Origin: Eledone cirrhosa
Taxonomy: Eukaryota
Direction: 5' to 3'
DNA length: 64,000 bases
Assembly: GCA_964016885.1 (NCBI GenBank)
Contig: OZ024760.1
Location: 7,874,001-7,938,000, forward strand
Under the pieces are notes generated by a model. That model searched no databases and was not told where the DNA came from. It saw only the letters and a list, made by a program, of their open reading frames with translations. This document shows positions 53,352 through 64,000 of this stretch, in pieces (positions within the stretch are counted from its first letter, which is position 1; every line of letters starts with the position of its first letter). Made by a program: the position numbers and the translations under genes.

Positions 53352-54387
53352 ATATATATATATATATACATAAGCTGTAAAATGAAGGAGTAAAGAAGGG
53401 CATTGAATCCAGTAAGACAAACTCTCTAGTGCTGGAGGCACGAATAAAAGCACCCAGTCCATGCTGTAAAGTGGTGCTGGTGTTAGGAAGGGAATTCAAG
53501 CAGTATAATAAATGCCAAAATTATGAGCACAACAAATAAGAAAATGATAAGCAAAAATAAATGAAGGAGAAGGCAATGCATTTAAAAACAAAATTTACTC
53601 CTTACTCAGTGTTTCATCTAAGGCATAACAGCAATATAACAGGTCTATATATATATGTGTATGCATACATATTATTATGAAGAATATTTTCTTAGAATCT
53701 TCAGAGAAGAAACATTATTGTCTTTAACCCTTTAACATTCACATTACTGGCCCTTGCTATTCTGAGTTCAAATCCCGCCGAGGTTAAACTTTGCCTTTCA
53801 TCCTTACGGGGTCGATAAAATAAAGTACCAGTAATACACTGGGTAATTGCTGGCCTTGTGCCTAACGTAGAAACAATTACTCTATATATACATGTGTGTA
53901 TCATGACTCGTGCACTGTTCATTTTACTGATGTTTGTGCATTGCCCTATGTACTGTACATGCACTTTTTTGATGAGTTGTGGTGCACCTGGGCACTGTAC
54001 ACAATATTTCATTATTGTTATTATTATATCATGACTCATACACTGTTCATTTTCCTGACATTTGTACATTATTCTATGTACTATACATGCACCTTTGATG
54101 AGTTGTAGTGCACCTGAGCACTGTACACAATAATTTCATTATTATTATTATTATTATACTATTATATTTTCATGGTAAAGGCTTTACCTCACATAATTAT
54201 CTCACATAATATCGAATCTATGATATTTTGAAAGTATTTATTTTGAGAAAAATACCTTAACATCAGTTTGAGCGACCAGTTACAGCCAGTTTCAACAGAA
54301 AGAGGTAGAGAATTCTGCTCGGCTTTGGCCGGTTTGAACATTAAAGGGTTAATGATGTTGCTGGAAAGTAGTCTAATCTATACAACA

Positions 54388-54564
54388 GCAAACGAAATTT
54401 ATCGTTACTGGAATAATTATTCCTTTAGAGGAATACATGAAAACAAGTATACGTTGGAGTTCATACCTTAATCTGAATAATTAAAGTATGAAGTCCGACG
54501 TATACTTGTCTCTGAGTATTCCTCTGAAGGAATAATTATTCCAGTAATGGTAAATTTCGTTTGT
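54388..54564. mobile_element. Fold-back MITE (long imperfect palindrome)
   Basis: CAAACGAAATTTATCGTTACTGGAATAATTATTCC ... GGAATAATTATTCCAGTAATGGTAAATTTCGTTTG. Confidence 0.65.
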
Positions 54565-54965
54565 AAACGTGAGAGTATATTTATATCATTAGATATTTAT
54601 GTGTGTATATGTCATCCACTATTTTGTAATGAGTATATATTTATGTTAATCTTTTAGCATTTAAACTGGCCATATCTGGCCAGAATTCTCTCACCTCCTT
54701 TTGTTCAAACCGGCTGTAACTGGCCACTCATACTGATGTTAAGGTATTGTTCTTAAAATAAATAATATAAAAATCTCATAGATTTGACATTATGTGAGGT
54801 AAAGCCTTTACTGTGAAAATATAATAGTAAATATAGAGTAATGTAAATGTTAAAGGGTTAAAAATATTTAGAACAGGACACCTTGGTTGTTTTTATGTTG
54901 GCATTTTTGATGATAGCTGTTGTTTCTTCTGAATGTTTAGTGTTGTCTTATTGTTGTCTTTCCAG

Positions 54966-55079
54966 TGGCTTGGTAATATAGTGACCATTGATACCTGGAA
55001 GAACATTTGGTTAATCGAAGGTCTGACAGAGTACCTCACTCTACGCTATATCTCAAAAATCAGCAACTATTTTCTCAAG
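54966..55079 (+). CDS. M1 aminopeptidase exon 7 (third zinc ligand)
   Basis: WLGNIVTIDTWKNIWLIEGLTEY places E exactly 18 residues after HEIIH. ttccAG acceptor, GTAATT donor, phase 0/0. Confidence 0.95.
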
Positions 55080-56202
55080 GTAATTTTACCCTTTCTTACT
55101 TTTCACTACCCTATTTCATAGCATATAAGAAGACATAATACTTTCCTCTTAAGAAAATGGCCTAAGAAAAAGTCAACAGCTATTTTCTCAAGGTATCCCA
55201 CACACTGTGAAGGCGCATGGCTTAGTGTTTAAAGCGTTGGACTTACAATCCTGAGGTTGTGAGTTTGATTTTCGGACCGGGTTTTCTTTATGTTGTGTTC
55301 TTGAGCAAAACATTTTATTTCAAGTTGCTCCAGTTCACTCAACTGTAGAAATGAGTTTACCCAGCTATGGGTTAAATAGCCTCACCAACCCGCAATTGAC
55401 CAAGGGTGGTGAGTACAGCTACACCCATGACATGGCCAAAAACCAAAACAGAAAATGGTGGAGGCCAATCAGAGAGGGGTTCCTTTGATAGGAATGAAAA
55501 GGCCCTGGATTGAATTGAATTCCTCACTTTGTTACTCTCCACTACCCTATCAATCAATAAATAGTTCCCACTGCTTGAACAGATTCCCTTGACTCTCTGT
55601 TGCCATCCAATTCTATTGTTTATTATATGCAGCAGGTCAGAGGGATTACAGTTTATGTCATGATAAATCTGTTTGATGTAGGTCTTGGCTTGTTTTCCTC
55701 TGCTAGCTCTTGCTTGTGTAGGCTAAGCCCACAAAAGAACTTCACTAACACTAACAATTTAACCCTTAAGCATTTAAACCGGCCATATCTGGCTAGAATT
55801 CTCTCACCTCTTTCTGTTCAAACCGGCCATAACTGGCTGCTCATACTGATGTTAATGTATTGTTCTCAAAATAAATAATATCAAAATCTCATAGATTCGA
55901 TATTATGTGAGATAATTACGTGAAAAAAACATTTACCATGAAGATACAATAAATAGTATATATAGAGTAATGTAAATGCTAAAGGGCTAAACTGGCTGTA
56001 ACCAGCCACTCATGCTGATGTTAAGGTATTGTTCTCAAAATAAAAAATTTCAAAATATTCCAACTTTTGTTGCTTTCTACTTGTGGTGTTATGAGTTAGA
56101 TATCCTAAAGTAACAGGAGAAGCAACGTCATGTGGGTGGAAAGGCAAAATGAGAGGGCCACTTTCCTTGTCAGGCTTTGATATGAGTGGACATGTGTCTG
56201 TG

Positions 56203-59200
56203 ACTTCCACCATCTATCTCTCATAGTCCCCAAAGTTAACCCTACCAACTTCACCCATTTATCTCTCATAGTCCCCAAAGTTAACCCTACCAACTTCACC
56301 CATCTATCTCTCATAGTCCCCAAAGTTAACCCTACCAACTTCACCCATCTATCTCTCATAGTCCCCAAAGTTAACCCTACCAACTTCACCCATCTATCTC
56401 TCATAGTCCCCAAAGTTAACCCTACCAACTTCCACCATCTATCTCTCATAGTCCCCAAAGTTAACCCTACCAACTTCCACCATCTATCTCTCATAGTCCC
56501 CAAAGTTAACCCTACCAACTTCACCCATCTATCTCTCATAGTCCCCAAAGTTAACCCTACCACCTTCACCCATCTATCTCATATAGTCCCCAAAGTTAAC
56601 CCTACCAACTTCACCCATCTATCTCTCATAGTCCCCAAAGTTAACCCTAGTAACTTCACCCATCTATCTCATATAGTCCCCAAAGTTAACCCTACCAACT
56701 TCACCCATCTATCTCATATAGTCCCCAAAGTTAACCCTACCAACTTCACCCATCTATCTCTCATAGTCCCCAAAGTTAACCCTACCAACTTCACCCATTT
56801 ATCTCTCATAGTCCCCAAAGTTAACCCTACCACCTTCACCCATCTATCTCTCATAGTCCCCAAAGTTAACCCTACCAACTTCACCCATCTATCTCATATA
56901 GTCCCCAAAGTTAACCCTACCACCTTCACCCATCTATCTCATATAGTCCCCAAAGTTAACCCTACCACCTTCACCCATCTATCTCATATAGTCCCCAAAG
57001 TTAACCCTACCAACTTCACCCATCTATCTCATATAGTCCCCAAAGTTAACCCTACCACCTTCACCCATCTATCTCATATAGTCCCCAAAGTTAACCCTAC
57101 CACCTTCACCCATCTATCTCATATAGTCCCCAAAGTTAACCCTACCACCTTCACCCATCTATCTCATATAGTCCCCAAAGTTAACCCTACCAACTTCACC
57201 CATCTATCTCTCATAGTCCCCAAAGTTAACCCTACCAACTTCACCCATCTATCTCTCATAGTCCCCAAAGTTAACCCTACCACCTTCACCCATCTATCTC
57301 TCATAGTCCCCAAAGTTAACCCTACCACCTTCACCCATCTATCTCTCATAGTCCCCAAAGTTAACCCTACCAACTTCACCCATCTATCTCATATAGTCCC
57401 CAAAGTTAACCCTACCACCTTCACCCATCTATCTCATATAGTCCCCAAAGTTAACCCTACCACCTTCACCCATCTATCTCATATAGTCCCCAAAGTTAAC
57501 CCTACCAACTTCACCCATCTATCTCTCATAGTCCCCAAAGTTAACCCTACCAACTTCACCCATCTATCTCTCATAGTCCCCAAAGTTAACCCTACCACCT
57601 TCACCCATCTATCTCTCATAGTCCCCAAAGTTAACCCTACCACCTTCACCCATCTATCTCATATAGTCCCCAAAGTTAACCCTACCAACTTCACCCATCT
57701 ATCTCTCATAGTCCCCAAAGTTAACCCTACCAACTTCACCCATCTATCTCTCATAGTCCCCAAAGTTAACCCTACCAACTTCACCCATCTATCTCATATA
57801 GTCCCCAAAGTTAACCCTACCACCTTCACCCATCTATCTCATATAGTCCCCAAAGTTAACCCTACCACCTTCACCCATCTATCTCATATAGTCCCCAAAG
57901 TTAACCCTACCACCTTCACCCATCTATCTCATATAGTCCCCAAAGTTAACCCTACCAACTTCACCCATCTATCTCATATAGTCCCCAAAGTTAACCCTAC
58001 CAACTTCACCCATCTATCTCATATAGTTCCCAATGTCAACCCTAGTAACTTCACCCATCTATCTCTCATAGTCCCCAAAGTTAACCCTACCAACTTCCAC
58101 CATCTATCTCTCATAGTCCCCAAAGTTAACCCTAGTAACTTCACCCATCTATCTCTCATAGTCCCCAAAGTTAACCCTACCAACTTCACCCATCTATCTC
58201 TCATAGTCCCCAAAGTTAACCCTAGTAACTTCACCCATCTATCTCTCATAGTCCCCAAAGTTAACCCTACCAACTTCACCCATCTATCTCATATAGTTCC
58301 CAATGTCAACCCTAGTAACTTACCCCATCTATCTCTCATACCCAACTATGTTGACCCTAGTAACTTACCCCATCTATCTCTCATAGATGTTAACCCTAGT
58401 AATTTACCCCATCTATCTATCACAGTCCCCAATGTTAACCCTAGTAATTTACCCCATATACATCTAATATCCCCAATATTAACCCTAGTAACTCCACCCA
58501 TCTATCTCCCAAATCCTGCAATGTTATCCCTAGAAACTTCACTCATCTATCTCTCAATGTTAACCCTAGCAACTTACCCCATCTATTTCATATAGTTCAC
58601 AATGTTGACCCTAGCAACTTACCCCATCTATCTTTCAGTCTACATTGTTAATCCTAGTAAGTTACCCCATCTACCTCTCATACCTCACAATGTTAACCCT
58701 ATAAACTTCATCCATCTACATCTAATATCCTACAGTGTTAACCCTAGTAACTTTACCTGTCTACATCTAATACCCTACAATGTTAACCCTAGTAACTTCA
58801 CCCATCTACATCTAATACCCTATAATGTTAACCCTAGTAACTTACCCCATCTACCTCTAATACCCACAACGTTACCCCTAGTAACTTACCCCATCTACAT
58901 CTAATACCCACAACGTTAACCCTAAAACTTACCCCATCTACATCTAATACCCACAACGTTAACCCTAAAACTTACCCCATCTACATCTAATACCCTACAA
59001 TGTTAACCCTAGTAACTTACCCCATCTACCTCTAATACCCACAACGTTACCCCTAGTAACTTACCCCATCTACATCTAATACCCACAACGTTAACCCTAA
59101 AACTTACCCCATCTACATCTAATACCCACAACGTTACCCCTAGTAACTTACCCCATCTACATCTAATACCCACAATGTTAACCCTAGTAACTTTACCCGT

Positions 59201-59232
59201 CTACTTCTCACAGTCCCCAATGTTAACCCTAG
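56203..59232. repeat. 45-bp minisatellite, homogeneous at the 5' side and diverged at the 3' side
   Basis: CATCTATCTCTCATAGTCCCCAAAGTTAACCCTACCAACTTCACC units. Confidence 0.97.
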
Positions 59233-59322
59233 TATAAATTTGCCCTGTTATTCCCCCCCCCCCCAAACGAGATGGGATACCATTTAAAGGAGCTGGTGTA
59301 AAATATATTGCTGTTTCTACAG

Positions 59323-59421
59323 AACAAAGAAGACTTAGACTACCAGAGGTTGAGGACAATGTCAGCTGCTTATGTGACCCCTGTCAAGGAGTTGAGCTTC
59401 GGTCAAGAGCTCAGCATACAG
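59323..59421 (+). CDS. M1 aminopeptidase exon 8 (region normally carrying catalytic Tyr)
   Basis: ttctacAG acceptor, GTATGT donor, 33 codons NKEDLDYQRLRTMSAAYVTPVKELSFGQELSIQ. Phase 0/0 joins onto G of the next exon, as in the SYxK|G junction. Sequence is divergent. Confidence 0.72.
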
Positions 59422-59559
59422 GTATGTACATATGTTGTGTGTGGGTGGGTGGGTGTGTGGGTGTGGGTGTGGGTGGGTGTGTGGGTGTATGTGTGGGGTG
59501 GGGATGGATGTGTGTGGGGGGGTGTGAGTGTGTGGTGTGAGTGGGTGTGTGGGTGTGTG

Positions 59560-59571
59560 GGTGTATGTGTA

Positions 59572-59606
<35 letters not shown>

Positions 59607-60166
59607 GTGTGTACAGTTATTATCAGTTATGTGTGTGTATGTGTGTCAAAAGACACAACTTCTCTGCCCTTGATAAGCAGGATACTGTTTGAGAGGTGAG
59701 TAACCCCGCTTCAGTACTGATTTGGTCTATGTAGACCTGTCCAACCCTTGTCAGTTATGTGTGTGTATGTGTGTGTATGTGTATGTGTGTGTGTATGTGT
59801 ATGTGTATGTGTGTGTACAGTTATTATCAGTTATGTGTGTGTATGTGTGTCAAAAGACACAACTTCTCTGCCCTTGATAAGCAGGATACTGTTTGAGAGG
59901 TGAGTAACCCCTCTTCAGTACTGATTTGGTCTATGTAGACCTGTCCAACCCTTGTCAGTTATGTGTGTGTATGTGTGTGTATGTGTATGTGTGTGTGTGT
60001 ATGTGTGTGTGTATGTGTATGTGTATGTACAGTTATTATCAGTTATGTGTGTGTATGTGTGTCAAAAGACATAACTTCTCTGCCCTTCATAAGCAGGATA
60101 CTGTTTGAGAGGTGAGTAACCCCTCTTCAGTACTGATTTGGTCTATGTAGACCTGTCCAACCCTTG
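59560..60166. repeat. ~200-bp tandem triplication
   Basis: CAGTTATTATCAGTTATG..CAAAAGACACAACTTCTCTGCCC..CTGTCCAACCCTTG three times. Confidence 0.9.
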
Positions 60167-60278
60167 CTAGCAGGAAAAGCAGACATTAAATGATGATGAT
60201 GATGATGATGATGATGATACATTTTACTGCATTTATATGCTTTTAGTGTTTAAAATAATTTCTTTATTTTAATTTCAG

Positions 60279-60344
60279 GGACCATTGATATTTTCAATTT
60301 TGGAAGATATTCTTGGTGAAAACAAGTTAAAAGATGGAATCAGG
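60279..60344 (+). CDS. M1 aminopeptidase exon 9 (not in ORF track)
   Basis: GPLIFSILEDILGENKLKDGIR matches GxxxxxMLxxxLGExxFxxGL. tttcAG acceptor, GTAAAT donor, phase 0/0. Confidence 0.85.
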
Positions 60345-60949
60345 GTAAATATTTAGAAATTGTGATCAAATTTCTAGTGTGTATTAACCTCTTTATTATA
60401 TAGCTAAATGTACTTAACTGTTGGTGGCATTGTAGGGACGCTATCATGACACATAGTGTTTTAATTTTGGTGGAGGCCATCCTGTCTTGAGCACAGAACA
60501 CAACTGATTTGTGTGAGAGAGAGAGATGGGAGAGAGAGAAAAAGAGAGAGATGGGAGAGGGATAGATAGATAGAGGGGGAGAGAGAAATAGATAGATAGA
60601 GGGGGAGAGAGAGATGGGAGAGAGAGATGGGAGAGAGAGAGAGAGAGAGTTTTCTTTTTATCGAAGTGAAAGGATTTGAACTCAGAGAAGGCAGAGACCC
60701 AGAACAAATAATTGTTTCTACTTTAGGCACAAGGCCAGCAATTACCCAGTGCATTACTGGTACTTTATTTTATCGACCCCGTAAAGATGAAAGGCAAAGT
60801 TAACCTCGGCGGGATTTGAACTCAGATCATAAAGGGACGTAACTCTATGCTTCAAAGCATGGTGTCCGACCCTCTACCGATACTGCCAAACCGCCTACCC
60901 AGAACAAATAATACCAGAAAGCATTCTCTCTGATGCTCTAAGGACTCTG

Positions 60950-61230
60950 ACAATTCATGACCATATTTAGAGAGAGACTGAGCATAAGAGGAATCAAATG
61001 CTGTGTGCAGGAGAGGCAGTTGCGCTGGTATGGACATGTGATGCGTATGAAGGATGACAGCTGCATAAAAAGGTGCAGAGCAGTAGAAGTCGATGGAAAC
61101 CGCGGAGTGGGGAGACCCAAGATGACCTGGGATGAGGTGATAAAAGCCGACCTTACCCAATTACACCTCTCAAAGGCAATGACACACGACCGTGAACTCT
61201 GGCGTCACGCAGTAATACAGAGTACCTGAC
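60950..61230 (+). mobile_element. RTE LINE 3' fragment
   Basis: RQLRWYGHVMRM...GNRGVGRPKMTWDEVIKADL..DRELWR. Similar fragments lie at 25600-25780 (+), 33000-33260 (-), 36420-36540 (-), 47110-47530 and 50598-50730. Confidence 0.85.
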
Positions 61231-61644
61231 CTCCCATGGGTACAAGCTGAAGCATATAGACAATATGCCCCCACACCCCCCACCGCAAGGTGGTCGTGGA
61301 GGTGCCACGGCAAAAAAGCACCCAGCCCACACTGTAAAGTGGACGTGTAGGCGCCACGGAAAAAAAGCAACCAGCACTCACTGTAAATGAGGTTGGTGTT
61401 AGGAAGGGCATCCAGCTGTAGAAATCAAGCCAAATCAGTTCCTGTATGAGCAAGGCATGGTCAGCCGACCAGACACTGCCCACAACAGCACAACCCGTCT
61501 AACCCATGCTAGCGTGGAAGAACGGACGTAAAACGGTGATGATGATGATGATGATGATGTTGATTTAGCGGTGTTAGATAAACAGAAACATTTGCAGTTT
61601 TCGAGAGTTTTTTTGTCTTCTAATTCTGTTTCACTTCTTTTCAG

Positions 61645-61710
61645 ATATTTTTGAAGAAATATCAAATGAAGAATGCTGGAGAAGATGAATTCTGGGATAG
61701 TTTTCAAGAA
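61645..61710 (+). CDS. M1 aminopeptidase exon 10; gene continues beyond window
   Basis: IFLKKYQMKNAGEDEFWDSFQE matches YLxxxxYxNAxxxDLWxxL. ttttcAG acceptor, GTAAGT donor. Confidence 0.88.
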
Positions 61711-61732
61711 GTAAGTGGAACCACATACATAT

Positions 61733-61772
<40 letters not shown>

Positions 61773-61899
61773 GGTTCTTTATAACCCAGTACACACCTGC
61801 TTCATGGTTGAGTGGTTGGTGGTGGTGGTGGTGGGACACACACACACACACACTAGTGGTTCTTTATAACCCAGTACACGCCTGCTTCATGGTTGAGTG

Positions 61900-64000
61900 G
61901 TTGGTGGTGGTGGTGGTGGTGGTGGTGGTAGTGGTGGTAGTGGTAGTGGTAGTGGCAGTGGTGGTGTTTTGGTGGTGGTGATGGTGGTGGTAGTTATGCT
62001 GGGTAAGGGTTGCTCGAGTGGTGGTGGTAGTAGTGGTGGTGCGTAATGGTTCCACGGGTGGTGTTGATGGTACTGTGGTGGTGGTGGTGGTGGTAGTGGT
62101 GGTGGCAGTGGTAGTGGTAGTGGTAGTGGCGGTGGTGGTGTTTTGATGGTGTAGTGGTAGTAGTGTGGTGGTGGTGGTGGTGATGGTTTGATGGTGTAGT
62201 GGTAGTAGTGTGGTGGTGGTGGTGGTGATGGTTTGATGGTGTAGTGGTAGTAGTGTGGTGGTGGTGGTGGTGATGGTTTGATGGTGTAGTGGTAGTAGTG
62301 TGGTGGTGGTGGTGGTGGTGATGGTTTGATGGTGTAGTGGTAGTAGTGTGGTGGTGGTGGTGGTGATGGTTTGATGGTGTAGTGGTAGTAGTGTGGTGGT
62401 GGTGGTGGTGATGGTTTGATGGTGTAGTGGTAGTAGTGTGGTGGTGGTGGTGGTGATGGTTTGATGGTGTAGTGGTAGTAGTGTGGTGGTGGTGGTGGTG
62501 ATGGTTTGATGGTGTAGTGGTAGTAGTGTGGTGGTGGTGGTGGTGATGGTTTGATGGTGTAGTGGTAGTAGTGTGGTGGTGGTGGTGGTGATGGTTTGAT
62601 GGTGTAGTGGTAGTAGTGTGGTGGTGGTGGTGGTGGTGATGGTTTGATGGTGTAGTGGTAGTAGTGTGGTGGTGGTGGTGGTGATGGTTTGATGGTGTAG
62701 TGGTAGTAGTGTGGTGGTGGTGGTGGTGATGGTTTGATGGTGTAGTGGTAGTAGTGTGGTGGTGGTGGTGGTGATGGTTTGATGGTGTAGTGGTAGTAGT
62801 GTGGTGGTGGTGGTGGTGATGGTTTGATGGTGTAGTGGTAGTAGTGTGGTGGTGGTGGTGGTGATGGTTTGATGGTGTAGTGGTAGTAGTGTGGTGGTGG
62901 TGGTGGTTTGATGGTGTAGTGGTAGTAGTGGTAGTGGTGGTGGTGGTGATGGTTTGATGGTGTAGTGGTAGTAGTGTGGTGGTGGTGGTGGTGGTGATGG
63001 TTTGATGGTGTAGTGGTAGTAGTGGTAGTGGTGGTGGTGGTGATGGTTTGATGGTGTAGTGGTAGTAGTGTGGTGGTGGTGGTGGTGATGGTTTGATGGT
63101 GTAGTGGTAGTAGTGTGGTGGTGGTGGTGGTGATGGTTTGATGGTGTAGTGGTAGTAGTGTGGTGGTGGTGGTGGTGATGGTTTGATGGTGTAGTGGTAG
63201 TAGTGTGGTAGTGGTGGTGGTGGTGATGGTTTGATGGTGTAGTGGTAGTAGTGTGGTGGTGGTGGTGGTGATGGTTTGATGGTGTAGTGGTAGTAGTGTG
63301 GTGGTGGTGGTGGTGGTGATGGTTTGATGGTGTAGTGGTAGTAGTGGTAGTGGTGGTGGTGGTGATGGTTTGATGGTGTAGTGGTAGTAGTGTGGTGGTG
63401 GTGGTGGTGATGGTTTGATGGTGTAGTGGTAGTAGTGTGGTGGTGGTGGTGGTGATGGTTTGATGGTGTAGTGGTAGTAGTGTGGTGGTGGTGGCGGTGG
63501 TGATGGTTTGATGGTGTAGTGGTAGTAGTGTGGTGGTGGTGGTGGTGATGGTTTGATGGTGTAGTGGTAGTAGTGTGGTGGTGGTGGTGGTGATGGTTTG
63601 ATGGTGTAGTGGTAGTAGTGTGGTGGTGGTGGTGGTGATGGTTTGATGGTGTAGTGGTAGTAGTGGTAGTGGTTGTGGTGGTGATGGTTTGATGGTGTAG
63701 TGGTAGTAGTGTGGTAGTGGTGGTGGTGGTGATGGTTTGATGGTGTAGTGGTAGTAGTGTGGTGGTGGTGGTGGTGATGGTTTGATGGTGTAGTGGTAGT
63801 AGTGTGGTGGTGGTGGTGGTGATGGTTTGATGGTGTAGTGGTAGTAGTGTGGTGGTGGTGGTGGTGATGGTTTGATGGTGTAGTGGTAGTAGTGTGGTGG
63901 TGGTGGTGGTGATGGTTTGATGGTGTAGTGGTAGTAGTGTGGTGGTGGTGGTGGTGATGGTTTGATGGTGTAGTGGTAGTAGTGTGGTGGTGGTGGTGGT
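61900..64000. repeat. GGT-based ~44-bp minisatellite running off the window
   Basis: GATGGTTTGATGGTGTAGTGGTAGTAGTGTGGTGGTGGTGGTGGT units. Confidence 0.97.

Noticed and set aside
55178-55197. Short duplicate of the exon 7 end and donor (CTATTTTCTCAAG|GTATCC)
   Set aside because: An in-frame stop at 55119-55121 precedes it, so use would be non-productive.
56203-59232. TAACCCTA in each unit resembling a telomere repeat
   Set aside because: Only one isolated hexamer per 45-bp unit, so it is not an interstitial telomere array.

Overview
AT-rich, microsatellite- and transposon-dense eukaryotic DNA, most consistent with an octopus (coleoid cephalopod) genome; this is inferred from the SINE/LINE repertoire. 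The backbone is a + strand, type II membrane-anchored M1-family zinc aminopeptidase (aminopeptidase N/ENPEP-like). Ten coding exons from 10039 to 61710 join with consistent GT-AG phases, and the gene continues beyond the window. It keeps GGMEN and HEIIH-x18-E but appears to lack the catalytic Tyr. A complete two-exon antisense gene resembling the meiotic crossover factor SPO16/SCRE (C1orf146) is nested in its second coding intron. The introns also hold an RPL13A processed pseudogene, three Penelope-like retroelements, RTE, Tx1 and CRE LINE fragments, several SINE families, mariner/hAT/piggyBac-type MITEs and large micro/minisatellites. The most striking unannotated signal is about a dozen type I hammerhead-ribozyme motifs of several unrelated sequence families. 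They sit in short islands embedded in (TA)n tracts, are often folded back as inverted repeats, and are repeatedly associated with a shared ACTC...YYGAGTRC element. Long low-complexity ORFs in the track are repeat artefacts.
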